A DNA stretch of 64,000 nt. Source: Christensenellales bacterium (GTDB taxonomy: Bacteria > Bacillota > Clostridia > Christensenellales > UBA3700). The stretch is from assembly GCA_051883415.1 (NCBI GenBank), contig JBJETR010000072.1, forward strand, positions 8,506 through 72,505, read 5' to 3'. This document shows, in pieces, positions 30,672 through 41,500 of the stretch (positions are counted from its first letter, which is position 1; each line of letters begins with the position of its first letter). The notes under the pieces were generated by a model. It worked only from the letters and a program-made list of their open reading frames with translations, did no database searches and had not been told where the DNA came from. Position numbers and translations under genes: made by a program.

Positions 30672-31183
30672 AGCAAACCTCTAAACATAACTCTCGACTT
30701 GACCACGGCAGGGGCAACCTCAAGAGGCAACGATTCGGGCAAAGATTCCTTTCTTTGTCTTATCGAAGCAAGATAACTTTGCACAATCATCATCATTTTT
30801 ATATATTTTACGGCGAGCAAGTTGTCGCCTACGGTAATGAGTCTGCCCTGCGTATAGGCTTGGAAAAAGGATATCTTGTTGCCGAGCACAATCTCTTCGC
30901 TGGCAAGGTTCTTAAACATAATCTGCAACGAATTATTAGAAGATATGTAGTCCACCACGATTTTGCATTGCAACTCACCGCCAAGCTTGGTAATCAAAGC
31001 GGCGTGGTGCCTATCCAAAACCCCTATCACGAGGTCAAAGCCGTCGGGCATTTCATCAAAAATTTTTCTCACTCTGCTGTCGTACTTGTAGCAGGCTTTT
31101 ACGCCGCTGAGGTAGACGTAAGAATTGAACAACGAATAAGATTTTCTTATTCTGAGTGGCTTTGCATTATACTTCTTGCTCAT
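30668..31183 (-). CDS. SCP2-like (sterol carrier / lipid-binding) domain protein
   Basis: ISFFQAYTQGRLITVGDNLLAVK matches the SCP2 C-terminal pattern; AAGGAG RBS. Confidence 0.6.
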   Translation of the reverse strand: MSKKYNAKPLRIRKSYSLFNSYVYLSGVKACYKYDSRVRKIFDEMPDGFDLVIGVLDRHHAALITKLGGELQCKIVVDYISSNNSLQIMFKNLASEEIVLGNKISFFQAYTQGRLITVGDNLLAVKYIKMMMIVQSYLASIRQRKESLPESLPLEVAPAVVKSRVMFRGLL

Positions 31184-31382
31184 ACTAGCTCCTTGCAATA
31201 TATTATAACACAGCCCCCATACGTTGTCCATATTATCCCCGTCATCTTAGGTGTGTTTACAATATTTTTACTTGTAATAATATGCATAAATATGTCGCCA
31301 ACGCCCACAATATCATTGCGATTTACATCAATAGACGCCAAAAAGTCGATACGTATCGACAATTTTTGTATAGGAGATAATT

Positions 31383-31532
31383 ATGAAAAAATTTCGTCCC
31401 TTCTTTGCTCGCACTATCAACGCCATACCCCACGCATCTCGTCCGATGTCGTCGCCGTTTGATCCCAACGGCAGTTACACCGGCACGTCTGAATTTGACG
31501 ATATCCCTACGCAAGATGCAGACGATTTATAA
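31383..31532 (+). CDS. 49-aa small protein ending DPNGSYTG...PTQDADDL
   Basis: Not in ORF track; AGGAGA RBS; MKKFRPFFARTINAIPHASRPMSSPFDPNGSYTGTSEFDDIPTQDADDL; C-terminal motif recalled from small clostridial hypothetical proteins. Confidence 0.75.
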   Translation: MKKFRPFFARTINAIPHASRPMSSPFDPNGSYTGTSEFDDIPTQDADDL

Positions 31533-31585
31533 TTCGAGTGTAAAACACTTGCCACAAGTCACGCAAATGTGGTATATCTATGTTA

Positions 31586-31628
31586 CAGAAGGTTTTCGGT
31601 AAACACTTCTGAATAAAAAAACCGAGGT
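31586..31628 (+). ncRNA. PreQ1-I riboswitch (translational)
   Basis: P1 CAGAAG/CTTCTG, A-rich tail AATAAAAAAA, pseudoknot TCGGT/ACCGA overlapping the SD GAGGT; directly upstream of queT; promoter TTGCCA-N18-TATATC in front. Confidence 0.85.
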
Positions 31629-31634
31629 ATTTTT

Positions 31635-32204
31635 ATGAAAGGTTTCTCAACCCGTATGCTTGCGCGTGCAGGCATAATTGCAGCAATGTACGTTGCGCTC
31701 ACTTTTTTGGTTTTCCCCGTTGCATCGGGAGCAATCCAATTTCGAGTATCCGAAGCTCTCACCATTCTACCGTTGTTTTACGTCGAGGCAATACCCGCAC
31801 TATTCGTGGGTTGTCTGCTCTCCAACATTATTACGGGATGTGTGGTAGCCGACGTCATCATCGGCAGTCTTATCACTTTGCTGGCTAGTCTACTTACCTA
31901 CCTGGTTGGCAAGTTCGTCAAGTCTACTCCGCTCAAGATATTCTTAGGCGGTCTGCCTCCCGTACTTCTCAACGCATTCTTCTTGCCTATAATATGGTAT
32001 TTTGCGTACGGCTCTTTGGATTACGTTTATATACTCCAAGTAGCATTCTTGTTGTTATCTCAAGGGGTGGTAATATACTTGCTCGGCACCGCCGTATACT
32101 TTGCAATAGCCAAGCTCTGCGCCAAAGGCGTCAAAGTCTTTGTTGCAACCAACGTTTGCGTGTCAGACACACGAGATAGCAAGGACGACTCAACCTCCGC
32201 CTAA
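31635..32204 (+). CDS. queT: QueT queuosine-precursor transporter
   Basis: IIAAMYVALT, GAIQFRVSEALTILP; preQ1 riboswitch upstream. Confidence 0.9.
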   Translation: MKGFSTRMLARAGIIAAMYVALTFLVFPVASGAIQFRVSEALTILPLFYVEAIPALFVGCLLSNIITGCVVADVIIGSLITLLASLLTYLVGKFVKSTPLKIFLGGLPPVLLNAFFLPIIWYFAYGSLDYVYILQVAFLLLSQGVVIYLLGTAVYFAIAKLCAKGVKVFVATNVCVSDTRDSKDDSTSA

Positions 32205-32281
32205 CTCTTACGCCCGATCTACCAATAGGGCGAGTTGTCACGGCACGCACAATACTTGATGCATTATTGCTCAAAACAATC

Positions 32282-32310
32282 AAAAAATCGGTTGGCTACA
32301 ACCGATTTTT
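32282..32310. terminator. Bidirectional intrinsic terminator
   Basis: AAAAAATCGGTTG-GCTA-CAACCGATTTT between convergent genes. Confidence 0.75.
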
Positions 32311-32329
32311 CTTTATTTAAACTTCTTGC

Positions 32330-33325
32330 TTACTTCAATATCTCTTCTATCTCGTTGATTTCTATATCGCTAAACTTAGTATTCTCCAACGCTTTGAGAT
32401 TTTGTAGTAGCTGTTTGGTACTACTTACGCCCACCAGCACACTAGTTATCACAGGGTTACGCAGTATCCAACTTATTGCCATTTGTGCCAAGGTTTGCCC
32501 TCTTTCAAAGGCTACTCTACTTAGATTAATAGCCTTATCTATATTGTCACTCTTGAATATTCTATCCATGGTAAATCCGTTCTTAGCACGACGGCTGTCG
32601 GCTGGGATACCGTCGAAGTACTTTTCACTCAGCATACCTTGTGCGAGCGGACTAAAAGCGATACAACCTATACCGTTATCGGCAAGCACGTCGCAAAGGC
32701 TGGTTTCGCCCTGCTCAATCCATCTGTCGAGCATATTGTACCTTGCTTGATGGATAACAAAAGGCGTGCCGTATTCTCTCAAAAGCTGTGTCATTTGCAG
32801 GGTTTGCTCGGCATTGTAGTTAGAAATACCAACGTACAAAGCTTTGCCTTGCTTGACGATGAGGTCGAGAGCGTGTGCGGTTTCTTCGAGAGGCGTATTA
32901 GGATCCGGTCTATGATGATAGAAGATATCCACATAGTCCAGCCCCATTCTTTTCAGGCTTTGGTCCAGACTTGCAACGAGGTATTTTTTACTTCCCCAAT
33001 CGCCGTACGGTCCATCCCACATGGTGTAGCCCGCCTTGGTGGATATTATCAACTCGTCACGATATCCCTTTAGCGTGCTAGAGAGCATCTTGCCGAAGTT
33101 TATCTCCGCGCTACCGGGGAGAGGTCCGTAGTTGTTAGCTAGGTCAAAGTGCGTTATGCCGTTGTCAAAGGCAGTCGTAATAATTCTTTCACACTCTTCC
33201 ATATCGCAATTGGTGCCAAAATTTTGCCACAAGCCAAGCGACATCTCGGGCAACTTCAAGCCGCTGTTGCCACAATAGTTGTACTTAGTCTTTTGATAAC
33301 GATCTTGCATAGCAACGTAATCCAT
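32330..33325 (-). CDS. Aldo/keto reductase (L-glyceraldehyde-3-phosphate reductase, YghZ-like)
   Basis: SLGLWQNFG, FDLANNYGP, ISTKAGY, DIFYHHRPD, GISNY. Confidence 0.9.
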   Translation of the reverse strand: MDYVAMQDRYQKTKYNYCGNSGLKLPEMSLGLWQNFGTNCDMEECERIITTAFDNGITHFDLANNYGPLPGSAEINFGKMLSSTLKGYRDELIISTKAGYTMWDGPYGDWGSKKYLVASLDQSLKRMGLDYVDIFYHHRPDPNTPLEETAHALDLIVKQGKALYVGISNYNAEQTLQMTQLLREYGTPFVIHQARYNMLDRWIEQGETSLCDVLADNGIGCIAFSPLAQGMLSEKYFDGIPADSRRAKNGFTMDRIFKSDNIDKAINLSRVAFERGQTLAQMAISWILRNPVITSVLVGVSSTKQLLQNLKALENTKFSDIEINEIEEILK

Positions 33326-33333
33326 ATTCCCTC

Positions 33334-34062
33334 CTAATATTTGTTTATCATACTATTGCTGTCCATAAGCTGGTAATATTTTTCTCTAAATTCATTTAGT
33401 TTGCCGTCTTTTTCAAAGCTAAAGACTTGCTGTTTGGCAACGATTAGGTGGTCAATCAATCTTACGCCCATCATTTCCAGCGCTGCGGAAGCCCACTTAG
33501 TAAACTCCATATCGGCAAGGCTCGGATTGGCGTCCCCACTCGGATGATTGTGCACGATATATACGTTGGGTGAGGCAAGGTTATGACACATCATCACCAT
33601 TTCTCTAGTCATCAACTTGCAGTCGTCTATCGTGCCTTGACCTATTAGACTCTTGTTGATTAGTTTACCTTTGTTGTCCACGGCGAGCAGATACACCACT
33701 TCGTAATTTAGGTCGGATAGCAAAGTCCGACAATATTCCTTTACTCTACCGTGAGTGGACAAATCAGGCTTGGGACCAAACTTACTGAAGTTGTACTTTT
33801 TGACTATTTGCGGCATAGACGAAAGAAATAGCGCCGCATTGTGAGTCATATTGGGTACTTCTTTCAAAGCCTTATAGTCGGATTCCAACACCCCAGCCAA
33901 AGAGCCGAACCGTGCAATAAGCTCGTGAGCAATAGGATTGGTGTCCTTACGAGGCACGAAGGGATACAACAAAAATTCTAGTATCTCGTGTTCTTGAAAA
34001 TTCTCCAACCCCTCGTTTAGCACACGCTGTCTCATTCTTTCTCTATGATTGGTGTGCATCAT
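33334..34062 (-). CDS. radC: RadC-like JAB domain protein
   Basis: HRERMR, HNHPSGDANPSLAD, DHLIV. Confidence 0.9.
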   Translation of the reverse strand: MMHTNHRERMRQRVLNEGLENFQEHEILEFLLYPFVPRKDTNPIAHELIARFGSLAGVLESDYKALKEVPNMTHNAALFLSSMPQIVKKYNFSKFGPKPDLSTHGRVKEYCRTLLSDLNYEVVYLLAVDNKGKLINKSLIGQGTIDDCKLMTREMVMMCHNLASPNVYIVHNHPSGDANPSLADMEFTKWASAALEMMGVRLIDHLIVAKQQVFSFEKDGKLNEFREKYYQLMDSNSMINKY

Positions 34063-36607
34063 TACAACTCCTCTTCATCTTAGCCTTGATAGTTCTGGCT
34101 ATTCTCTTGGTTCTTTCATTTATTTTGTCGCCCCATTTTTTATCTACGGCTTCCACTATCCAATATAGAGCAAAGTGTACGCCCGTTCCTATTAGTCCTC
34201 CGAGCAGTGCGTAAGGCAAATGTCGCCATGCCACGACCTCTAAGCCGAAGAACAAATCGCCAATGTAGTGCGAGTCGATATATATCGCCGCCACCGTCAG
34301 AATAATCATCGTTGCGATAACGCAAGCTCGCAATTTGTTTAGCGGTGACGATATTATGAGCATTGCCCCAAAACTTGCTACAATCAAAGCTATCGTCAAT
34401 AGCGAATTGCGGTAGTTTTCTATATTCTCCACACCGCCGAAGTCTATCCTCAAGTTGAGTGCGTACGTTACGAAGACCGCCACGCACAGCCCCACCGTCG
34501 CCGATATGCTCGCCTTGATGATATTGTGCATAAACCGTCCGCTAATTCGAGCGTCGTTAGGCTGAAAAGCGTATATATAGGTAGGCAAGCCTATGACGAA
34601 TAGCTCGACAATCATTATCTTTTTGGTATCGAAAGGATAACTTGGCGTGGCAGTTGCCAGCGTTATTATCGAAAATACGAAGGTCATCACCATTATAAAA
34701 ATCGTCTTCATGATGTACAGTGACGACACCTTCTCCATGTTGTTGATAACTCGTCTACCCTCTCTTACGATATTAGGCATTGCGCCGAAGTCGTTGTTGA
34801 GCAGCACTATTCTAGAAATATTGCGAGCCACCTCGTGCGCACCGAGGAAGGATATCGAACAGTCGCTCTCCTTGAGGGCTTGTATATCGTTGACGCCGTC
34901 TCCGATCATGCCGACAACTCTTCCCTTATCTTGTAGAGCCTTGACAATATCTTCCTTTTGAGATGGCGACACTCTACCGAATACCACCGTATCCTCTACC
35001 AAGTCGCTGGACATACTTTCCACTACCGAACAGTTGAGGTATTTGTCAGCCTCCTTAACTCCCGCTTTGGAGGCAACGTAACTCACCGTCTCGGGATTGT
35101 CGCCGGAGATAATCTTGATATCCACGTCGTTGCGAGCAAACCAATCCAACGTATCCTTGACGTTTTCTCTCAGTCTATCCTCTAGAGCAAATAGCGCTAT
35201 CGGAATAGCCGTGCTCTTGTCAAGCTTGTCTATATCGCCCTTAGCCTTAGAGAGCATTATCGTTCTTTTGCCCACGCAAGCGTTGTCGTGACAATATCTT
35301 TCCGTCTCCTCCGAAGGCACGGCGACGTAATCGGGCGCGCCCAAAAAGTAGCAATCCTGCCCTATCTTGATTGCGCTACACTTTCTTAGAGAAGAGAAAC
35401 TTCTCACTTCGTCACAGTCCAACACGCAAGAGAGCTGTCCCGTTGCCTCGTCACTATCTTGAGAGGCGTTGTCGAAGCTACCTCCAAAGTAATCTACCAA
35501 AGCCCTCGCCGTCGGTTTGTTATCCCTCGTCCAATAGTTGATAGACGCCATAATGCTCTCAACGTCCACTTGCGGATCGAGAATTTTGACGTCAACGACC
35601 TTCATTTGTCCGTTGGTCAAAGTGCCCGTCTTGTCCAATAGCAAGGTATCGACTTGCGCCAACATTTCAATAGCGTAAATATCTTGAGGCAAAGCCCCCG
35701 TCTTGGATAGCTTGAGCACCGAGCCTGCGAGTGCGGTCGAGGTCAGCATAAACATACCCACGGGTAGCATACCTAATATAGAGCTTGCCACGGTAATTAT
35801 GAGGTCACGCCACTGCCCCGTCATAGTCAGTCTTTCCGACAAAAAGATAAACACACCCAATACCACCAGCACACAGCTAAGGCACTTGATGATAAAGTTG
35901 AGGGTGTTGAAAATCATAGATTTAGGCTTGTTGAATTTGCTTGCGATACGCAAAATCTTCTCTATGTAACAGTCCTTGCCCACACGGTCGGCACGGCATC
36001 TCGCCTCTCCCGCCACTATATGACTGCCCGCCAAAATATTGTCGCCGATATTCTTTCTAATAGGCACACTCTCGCCCGTAAGTATCGACTCGTCGACTTC
36101 CATATATCCGTCCAGCAATACGCAATCTACCGGTGCTTGTGTACCTGCGCCCAATACTAACACGTCGTCAAGCACGATATCGGAGCTGTCGATTTCTCCT
36201 TCCTTGCCATCTCTTATCACCTTGACGCCCGCCTTGTGCACGATTGCAAGTTTCGACACGGCTTTTTTGGCTTTGACTTCTTGCCAAATTCCTATGACGA
36301 TATTGACCAAAATAATGCTGGTGGACAGAGTATAATCCCATGCGCCTATGCTGCATAGCAAAATAACCAGCGCAATACATACTATATTGCAAAAGTTGAA
36401 GAGGTTGTCTGTGACAATTCTTAGATAAGACTTGCTTTCTTTGGTATTTTTGTGATTGGTAAGATGGTCGTTTTGTCTGGACTCGATTTGAGAGGCAGTC
36501 AAACCATAGTCGGATTGAGGATACAATCTATCGGCTTTTTTCATCTTTTGACTGTCTTTTTGTTTGTCTATACTTCGACTTATTTTTTTGTAGGTCTTAT
36601 TCTTCAT
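34043..36607 (-). CDS. P-type ATPase (CtpE-like)
   Basis: TGES, DKTGTLT, SGDNP, GDGVND; TM4 reads PVG. Confidence 0.92.
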   Translation of the reverse strand: MKNKTYKKISRSIDKQKDSQKMKKADRLYPQSDYGLTASQIESRQNDHLTNHKNTKESKSYLRIVTDNLFNFCNIVCIALVILLCSIGAWDYTLSTSIILVNIVIGIWQEVKAKKAVSKLAIVHKAGVKVIRDGKEGEIDSSDIVLDDVLVLGAGTQAPVDCVLLDGYMEVDESILTGESVPIRKNIGDNILAGSHIVAGEARCRADRVGKDCYIEKILRIASKFNKPKSMIFNTLNFIIKCLSCVLVVLGVFIFLSERLTMTGQWRDLIITVASSILGMLPVGMFMLTSTALAGSVLKLSKTGALPQDIYAIEMLAQVDTLLLDKTGTLTNGQMKVVDVKILDPQVDVESIMASINYWTRDNKPTARALVDYFGGSFDNASQDSDEATGQLSCVLDCDEVRSFSSLRKCSAIKIGQDCYFLGAPDYVAVPSEETERYCHDNACVGKRTIMLSKAKGDIDKLDKSTAIPIALFALEDRLRENVKDTLDWFARNDVDIKIISGDNPETVSYVASKAGVKEADKYLNCSVVESMSSDLVEDTVVFGRVSPSQKEDIVKALQDKGRVVGMIGDGVNDIQALKESDCSISFLGAHEVARNISRIVLLNNDFGAMPNIVREGRRVINNMEKVSSLYIMKTIFIMVMTFVFSIITLATATPSYPFDTKKIMIVELFVIGLPTYIYAFQPNDARISGRFMHNIIKASISATVGLCVAVFVTYALNLRIDFGGVENIENYRNSLLTIALIVASFGAMLIISSPLNKLRACVIATMIILTVAAIYIDSHYIGDLFFGLEVVAWRHLPYALLGGLIGTGVHFALYWIVEAVDKKWGDKINERTKRIARTIKAKMKRSCNDAHQS

Positions 36608-38256
36608 TTACCGATGATTTTTCCTTTTGCTATATCAAAACAAAACAGTTTTTCTTCCCCGTCTTGAATATAATTGATAATTATGTTATTGCCGACCTTT
36701 TCGCAAGACGATATTTGTATATTACGCCTCGATATCGCTTCTTCGAATAGCGCTTTGCCCTCTTGATCGTAGGTGGATACGTCGTCTGACACGAAGCAAA
36801 CACCACCCATCATCGAGTTGACTGTAGCAAGAATTTCCTTTTGCTGTGAGCTGAATTTGAGATTGTCGTTTCTCGCAAAAAAGACGTCGGGATCGAGGGC
36901 GAATGCTCTTCCGTTGAGATGTCTGCGAAATACCGTGTTGTATATAGAATTTTGAGTGCAGATAATCTCTTGATTGGTGCATTTGGTATAAAATCTAGGC
37001 TTGTAGGTCAAGTCCACGTCACAACCCGTGCGACACATATCTACCAAGCCCCAACCCGAAGCTAGCGGCATACCGCAACCTAGTATAAGCTTATCGCCCA
37101 CGCACTCTCTGAGGAATTGCATAGTTTCGTGCATTATTCTACCACGAGTCTTGTTGTTACGTGGAATATAGCAAGAAGAATATAAGAAGTCGAGCTTGAC
37201 CATATCGTAGCCCCATTCGCCCACTACAACGTCAAAGACGTGCTTCAGATAATCTCTCACAGGCTCTTTTTCTATATCGAGCACCCATGCTCCGCCCCAG
37301 CCTATTCCGCCTGACACAAGCTTACCGTCCTCATACCTCAAGAGCCAATCGGGGTGCTCTTTAGCAACTTGGCTCTTACGGGATACCAAGGTCGGCGCAA
37401 GCCATATTCCCGCCTTGTAGCCCTTGGCGTGAATGGCGTCGGCAAGGTACTTCATACCGTTAGGAAATTTATTCTCTTTGACGCTCAGCCAATCGCCTAC
37501 GGCGGATTGATATCCGTCGTCTATCTGGAATAAGTCTATCTTGTCGCCGTACTTAGATATCGCTTGCAAATCTCTAAGCAACCCCTCTTCGGTTATTTTG
37601 CCAAAGTTGTTATACCAGCTTGTATATCCCGACATCTTGTCTACCCTTGGCTTAGGCAAAGCGAGCAACTCAAAATATCTGTCAAAGACCTCGTCATATC
37701 CGCCGTTCAATACTACTACGTTGATACCTTCGAATACCTCGCCTTGCTCGAGAGTAATGCCTTCTACGTCCTTGGAGAGCTTTATACGATTGCGATAAGG
37801 CTCGAAGCCTACTATCGTAAAGGCGTTTTTGTCGTTGAGTGAACCCACTAGGCATAGCTCGTCCAATCGTCTTACGTAGCCGTAGGTATATCCGTGGAAT
37901 AAGCCCGTAAGATTGCGATACTTATAAAAAGAATAGTCGCCCGCAAGAGAAGCGTACTTTTTGATTGGATACAATTTGCCGATACCGAGCAAGCCCTTTT
38001 GCTTGTGATATATCGTCACTTCACGGCTGGTAGTCCACGACTGATAACCGTTGCAGAAAACCTTGTCGGATTTGTCAAAATTATACTCAAAGCTCATGGC
38101 ACACTCAAGCAGTCTTACCGTCTTGAATGCGCTGATATTCATAATAATTCTTTCGCCTTGACATGCCAAATCAATGCGAAGGTCGTCGTTGCTCACGCCC
38201 GTTATATACACGTTGTCGTCTTGTTCGTAGGTAACTCTAATTTTTATATTGTCCAT
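36604..38256 (-). CDS. Alpha-galactosidase (GH36-like)
   Basis: GYTSWY, QIDDGY, GIWLAP, KLDFLY (nucleophile), RTGCD. Confidence 0.85.
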   Translation of the reverse strand: MDNIKIRVTYEQDDNVYITGVSNDDLRIDLACQGERIIMNISAFKTVRLLECAMSFEYNFDKSDKVFCNGYQSWTTSREVTIYHKQKGLLGIGKLYPIKKYASLAGDYSFYKYRNLTGLFHGYTYGYVRRLDELCLVGSLNDKNAFTIVGFEPYRNRIKLSKDVEGITLEQGEVFEGINVVVLNGGYDEVFDRYFELLALPKPRVDKMSGYTSWYNNFGKITEEGLLRDLQAISKYGDKIDLFQIDDGYQSAVGDWLSVKENKFPNGMKYLADAIHAKGYKAGIWLAPTLVSRKSQVAKEHPDWLLRYEDGKLVSGGIGWGGAWVLDIEKEPVRDYLKHVFDVVVGEWGYDMVKLDFLYSSCYIPRNNKTRGRIMHETMQFLRECVGDKLILGCGMPLASGWGLVDMCRTGCDVDLTYKPRFYTKCTNQEIICTQNSIYNTVFRRHLNGRAFALDPDVFFARNDNLKFSSQQKEILATVNSMMGGVCFVSDDVSTYDQEGKALFEEAISRRNIQISSCEKVGNNIIINYIQDGEEKLFCFDIAKGKIIGK

Positions 38257-38567
38257 ATTGTCCCGTGGCGAGTAGTGTAGCGATTGCCACTCTATCTCGC
38301 GTATGCTATTATATCTTATTTGCCCGCTAAGGTCAATAATCGAGCTTCTATACGCGCATTAATTTGCGACTATATAGCATAATCGGCTAATTCGCACTCT
38401 ATACAACGTAGCCATACTCCTCTATACGCGCGTTATTTTGCGACTATATAAGCGGATTTTTCCTACTTATGGCGATATTGGCGATATTATGCTTTCCGAT
38501 ATCCTCGCCGATATAATTATGTGGATTATCCACATTCAAAAAGCCGACTAAAATCGGCTTTTTGGTA

Positions 38568-41500
38568 TCAGGAAATGGTTATTCCCGTATCTTCTACTTG
38601 GATAAATCCGCCGTAATTGCTACCGCTGATAAGTGTATTGCCACTGTGTCTTACACCGTAGCCGTCTGCTTTGACTACTTTGTCCAAGACGTCCTTGATA
38701 GTCCACTTCTTTTCCGGTATAGTTACACCACCGACCTTGTCGATGCTGATAATCTCGGTTTCTAGTATCTTTGTTTTGAGCGTTGCGGTAGAATCGAACA
38801 AAGTGGTATCACCCTCGCTCGCCGTACGGTTGCTGTTGATGATATCTTTGAGTATCTTTTGCTCATCTGAAGTCATATTGTTGAACATCAACGTAGTAGC
38901 ATAATCGCTTGCATCCACGTCGATAAACACCGTTGCGTCAATGCTGGTAGGGAGCAAAGTCGTAGTCTTGGTCATCAGTGCACTCGTATTGATATTGAGC
39001 GTCATCAACATATACGAATGGTCGTCGGTAAAGGTCATTCCGCCAAGACCGTCTTTGACCGTGGCTGCATTGGCGTAGTTAGGATTGAACATAAGCACTT
39101 GCTTGTAGCTTACGCTCTCTTTGGTCAATCCCAAAGCCGTAGATACACCGCTGCCGGACTCTTCGTTGGCGAGCAGAGTTGCGGCTATATTGCGGTCGCT
39201 GATTTCCATAACGACTTCTCCGTGAGGGGTTGGCGTTATTACGTAGCTGGCACTGATTTGTCCACTTGTCATTTTGTCTGTCGTAGCATTGATATCCGTC
39301 TGTCCCACGGTAGGAGTGAGAGTAAACAGCGATTTCATCATATTTTGGAAGTCTAGCTCGCTCGGTTTAGCCCCGTCGCTGTAGATATTGTTGATTGCCA
39401 CGCCGTAGATGCTTGCGAAGGTAACGGTACCACCCTTGCAGTTGACGTTGATATCGGCGGTATCGTAAGTCATCGTTGCACCACCCGTCATATCACGGAG
39501 TTTGTCCTTGACCTTGGTCGAGGCGTCGGCGTTGATATCGTCAGGCGTAACAGTCTTGTTGGCTACCGCCTTGAAGAGGTTGCAGAACACGCCCAAATCT
39601 TCGTCCGTCATATCGTTGAGCGTAAAGTCGGTACATACTTCTACTCCTTCGACCTTGGAAGTATCGACTTCCACTACTATTGCCACACTACTTGGCAACA
39701 GCTTAGCATATTTGTCGGTTTCTTGCGACTCGACGCTTGCCGTAAATACTATACGCAAGGTGGTGGTTGAGGTGACGGTAAGACTAATCATTGTTACGTC
39801 TTTCATACCCTCGGCACTCACGGTAACGTCACCGCTGAGCAGTCTTCCGAGTTCTCCGCCGCTTGCCTGAGGTTTGAGGTCGTTGCCGTTGGTGACCACC
39901 CTCGTGTCGTCCGCCATACGTTGACCGCTTATCAAAGTAGAGTAATCTCTTGCAACACTAGCGATTTGACTAGATACGTCGCCATTAGCATCAATAGCCG
40001 TGTTGAGGTAATACTTATCGCTGATATCGCCTGCCAATCTACTCATATCGCTTGCAATATTGCTATCGGCAAGTTCTGCAGGTATCACGTTGACTTTTTG
40101 CAACACGCTTCTAAGCTGTACGTTGGTAGGTACGAGTGCAGGATCGCTGTCGGCATAAATTTGGTCAATAGCGATATCGAACACCGTAGTGTTGAGTTTC
40201 ATCTCGCCGACTTGGAATAATATCTCTATAGTTCCGCCCGCCTCAATCTCTGTCATAAAATTATAGATATTATCTTCTAGTGCGGTGCCTACTTGCGTAG
40301 CTGTCACTTCACTTCCGCCGAGCTTGGTAGCCAAAGCGAAAAAGTCATTCATCTCGTCATTAGTCATACCGTCGATATCAAAGCTCGTACAATCGTCGGT
40401 ACTTATTCCCGCAATTTTGTTCTTGAGAGCGACCGTATCCACGTATACGTTGACGTATACTTTGTCAGGCAACAATACTGCGTACTTAGCATTCTCACCC
40501 GTGAGGCTTACTTTTCCGCTTATCTGCATATTGAGATGAGTCGCCGTAATATCGGTAGCTACAACGGTGATGTCCGTAAGCACGCTGACGATATTGTCAA
40601 GCTTGCCGCTGGATTGAATGAGGAAGCCTAGTTCTTCTTGACTAAGCACAGGTTTTAGTAGGTTGATGTCGGCAGTGGTGTCCGTAGCCATCTTGTGGAC
40701 GTCGATACTGCTCTCAAAGTTATTTTTGATAGTAGTAACGGAGTTGAACAATGCCGAGCCGTTAGTTGCATCCAACGTACCCGTGGTCAAATAATATTTG
40801 TTCTCCAACTCGGTTACAAATCCCGTCGCATTATTCGAAGCATTGGCTTCTTGGGCTTCGAAGGTGTAGGTTGCTCTAAGCATATCGTGGAGCTCCTTGT
40901 CGTCGACGATGGCAACTCCGCCCTCGTCTTGGAGCATCTTCAAGCCCGACGCCGTCTCGAAGATAGAAGGCAATACGCATTCGGTGGAAACAAACTCTAT
41001 ATCGGTGCCGAGTTTGGAGTTGATATTGGTTAGATTGTCTCTCACGCTCTTCTCGAGTTTAGAGGTCAACTCGGCAAGGTTGAGCTGACTGACGTCTATA
41101 CCGAGGCTACCGCACAAAGTGTTGAGATTGGTCAGAAGCTCGGTCGTCTGCTCTACGTCACACTTGTTGATACGTATCTCTGTTGGTTTGGCAGGATCGG
41201 ATACTAGGCTCAATTTTGCTTTGATAAATATTTGCTCAGGCAAAATTTGAGGAGCAAACACCGCAACGAGTGAACCCTCTTCCGCCTTGCCTACAACGGC
41301 TTGCATTACGTCTACCGCAATGCTTACTTCGAGCATTTCGTTGGTTTGGTCATAAGCCATATTGAGCACGGTGATTGGGAATGCGCTCGCTTCTTCGCTA
41401 CCCGTGGCTAGTTGGCTGTTGAGTAAGCCTGCCAATGCAAGATAGGAGATACCAACCTTGTGTTTGGCTGCATTGTAACTATACGTGTCGTAGTCAAGGC

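Noticed and set aside
33334..34062. radC as a marker of a mobile or defence island
   Set aside because: It is the full-length chromosomal type, embedded in a housekeeping run with no integrase or defence genes nearby.
38519..38536. Replication origin
   Set aside because: Only one perfect DnaA box, and no dnaA/dnaN context.
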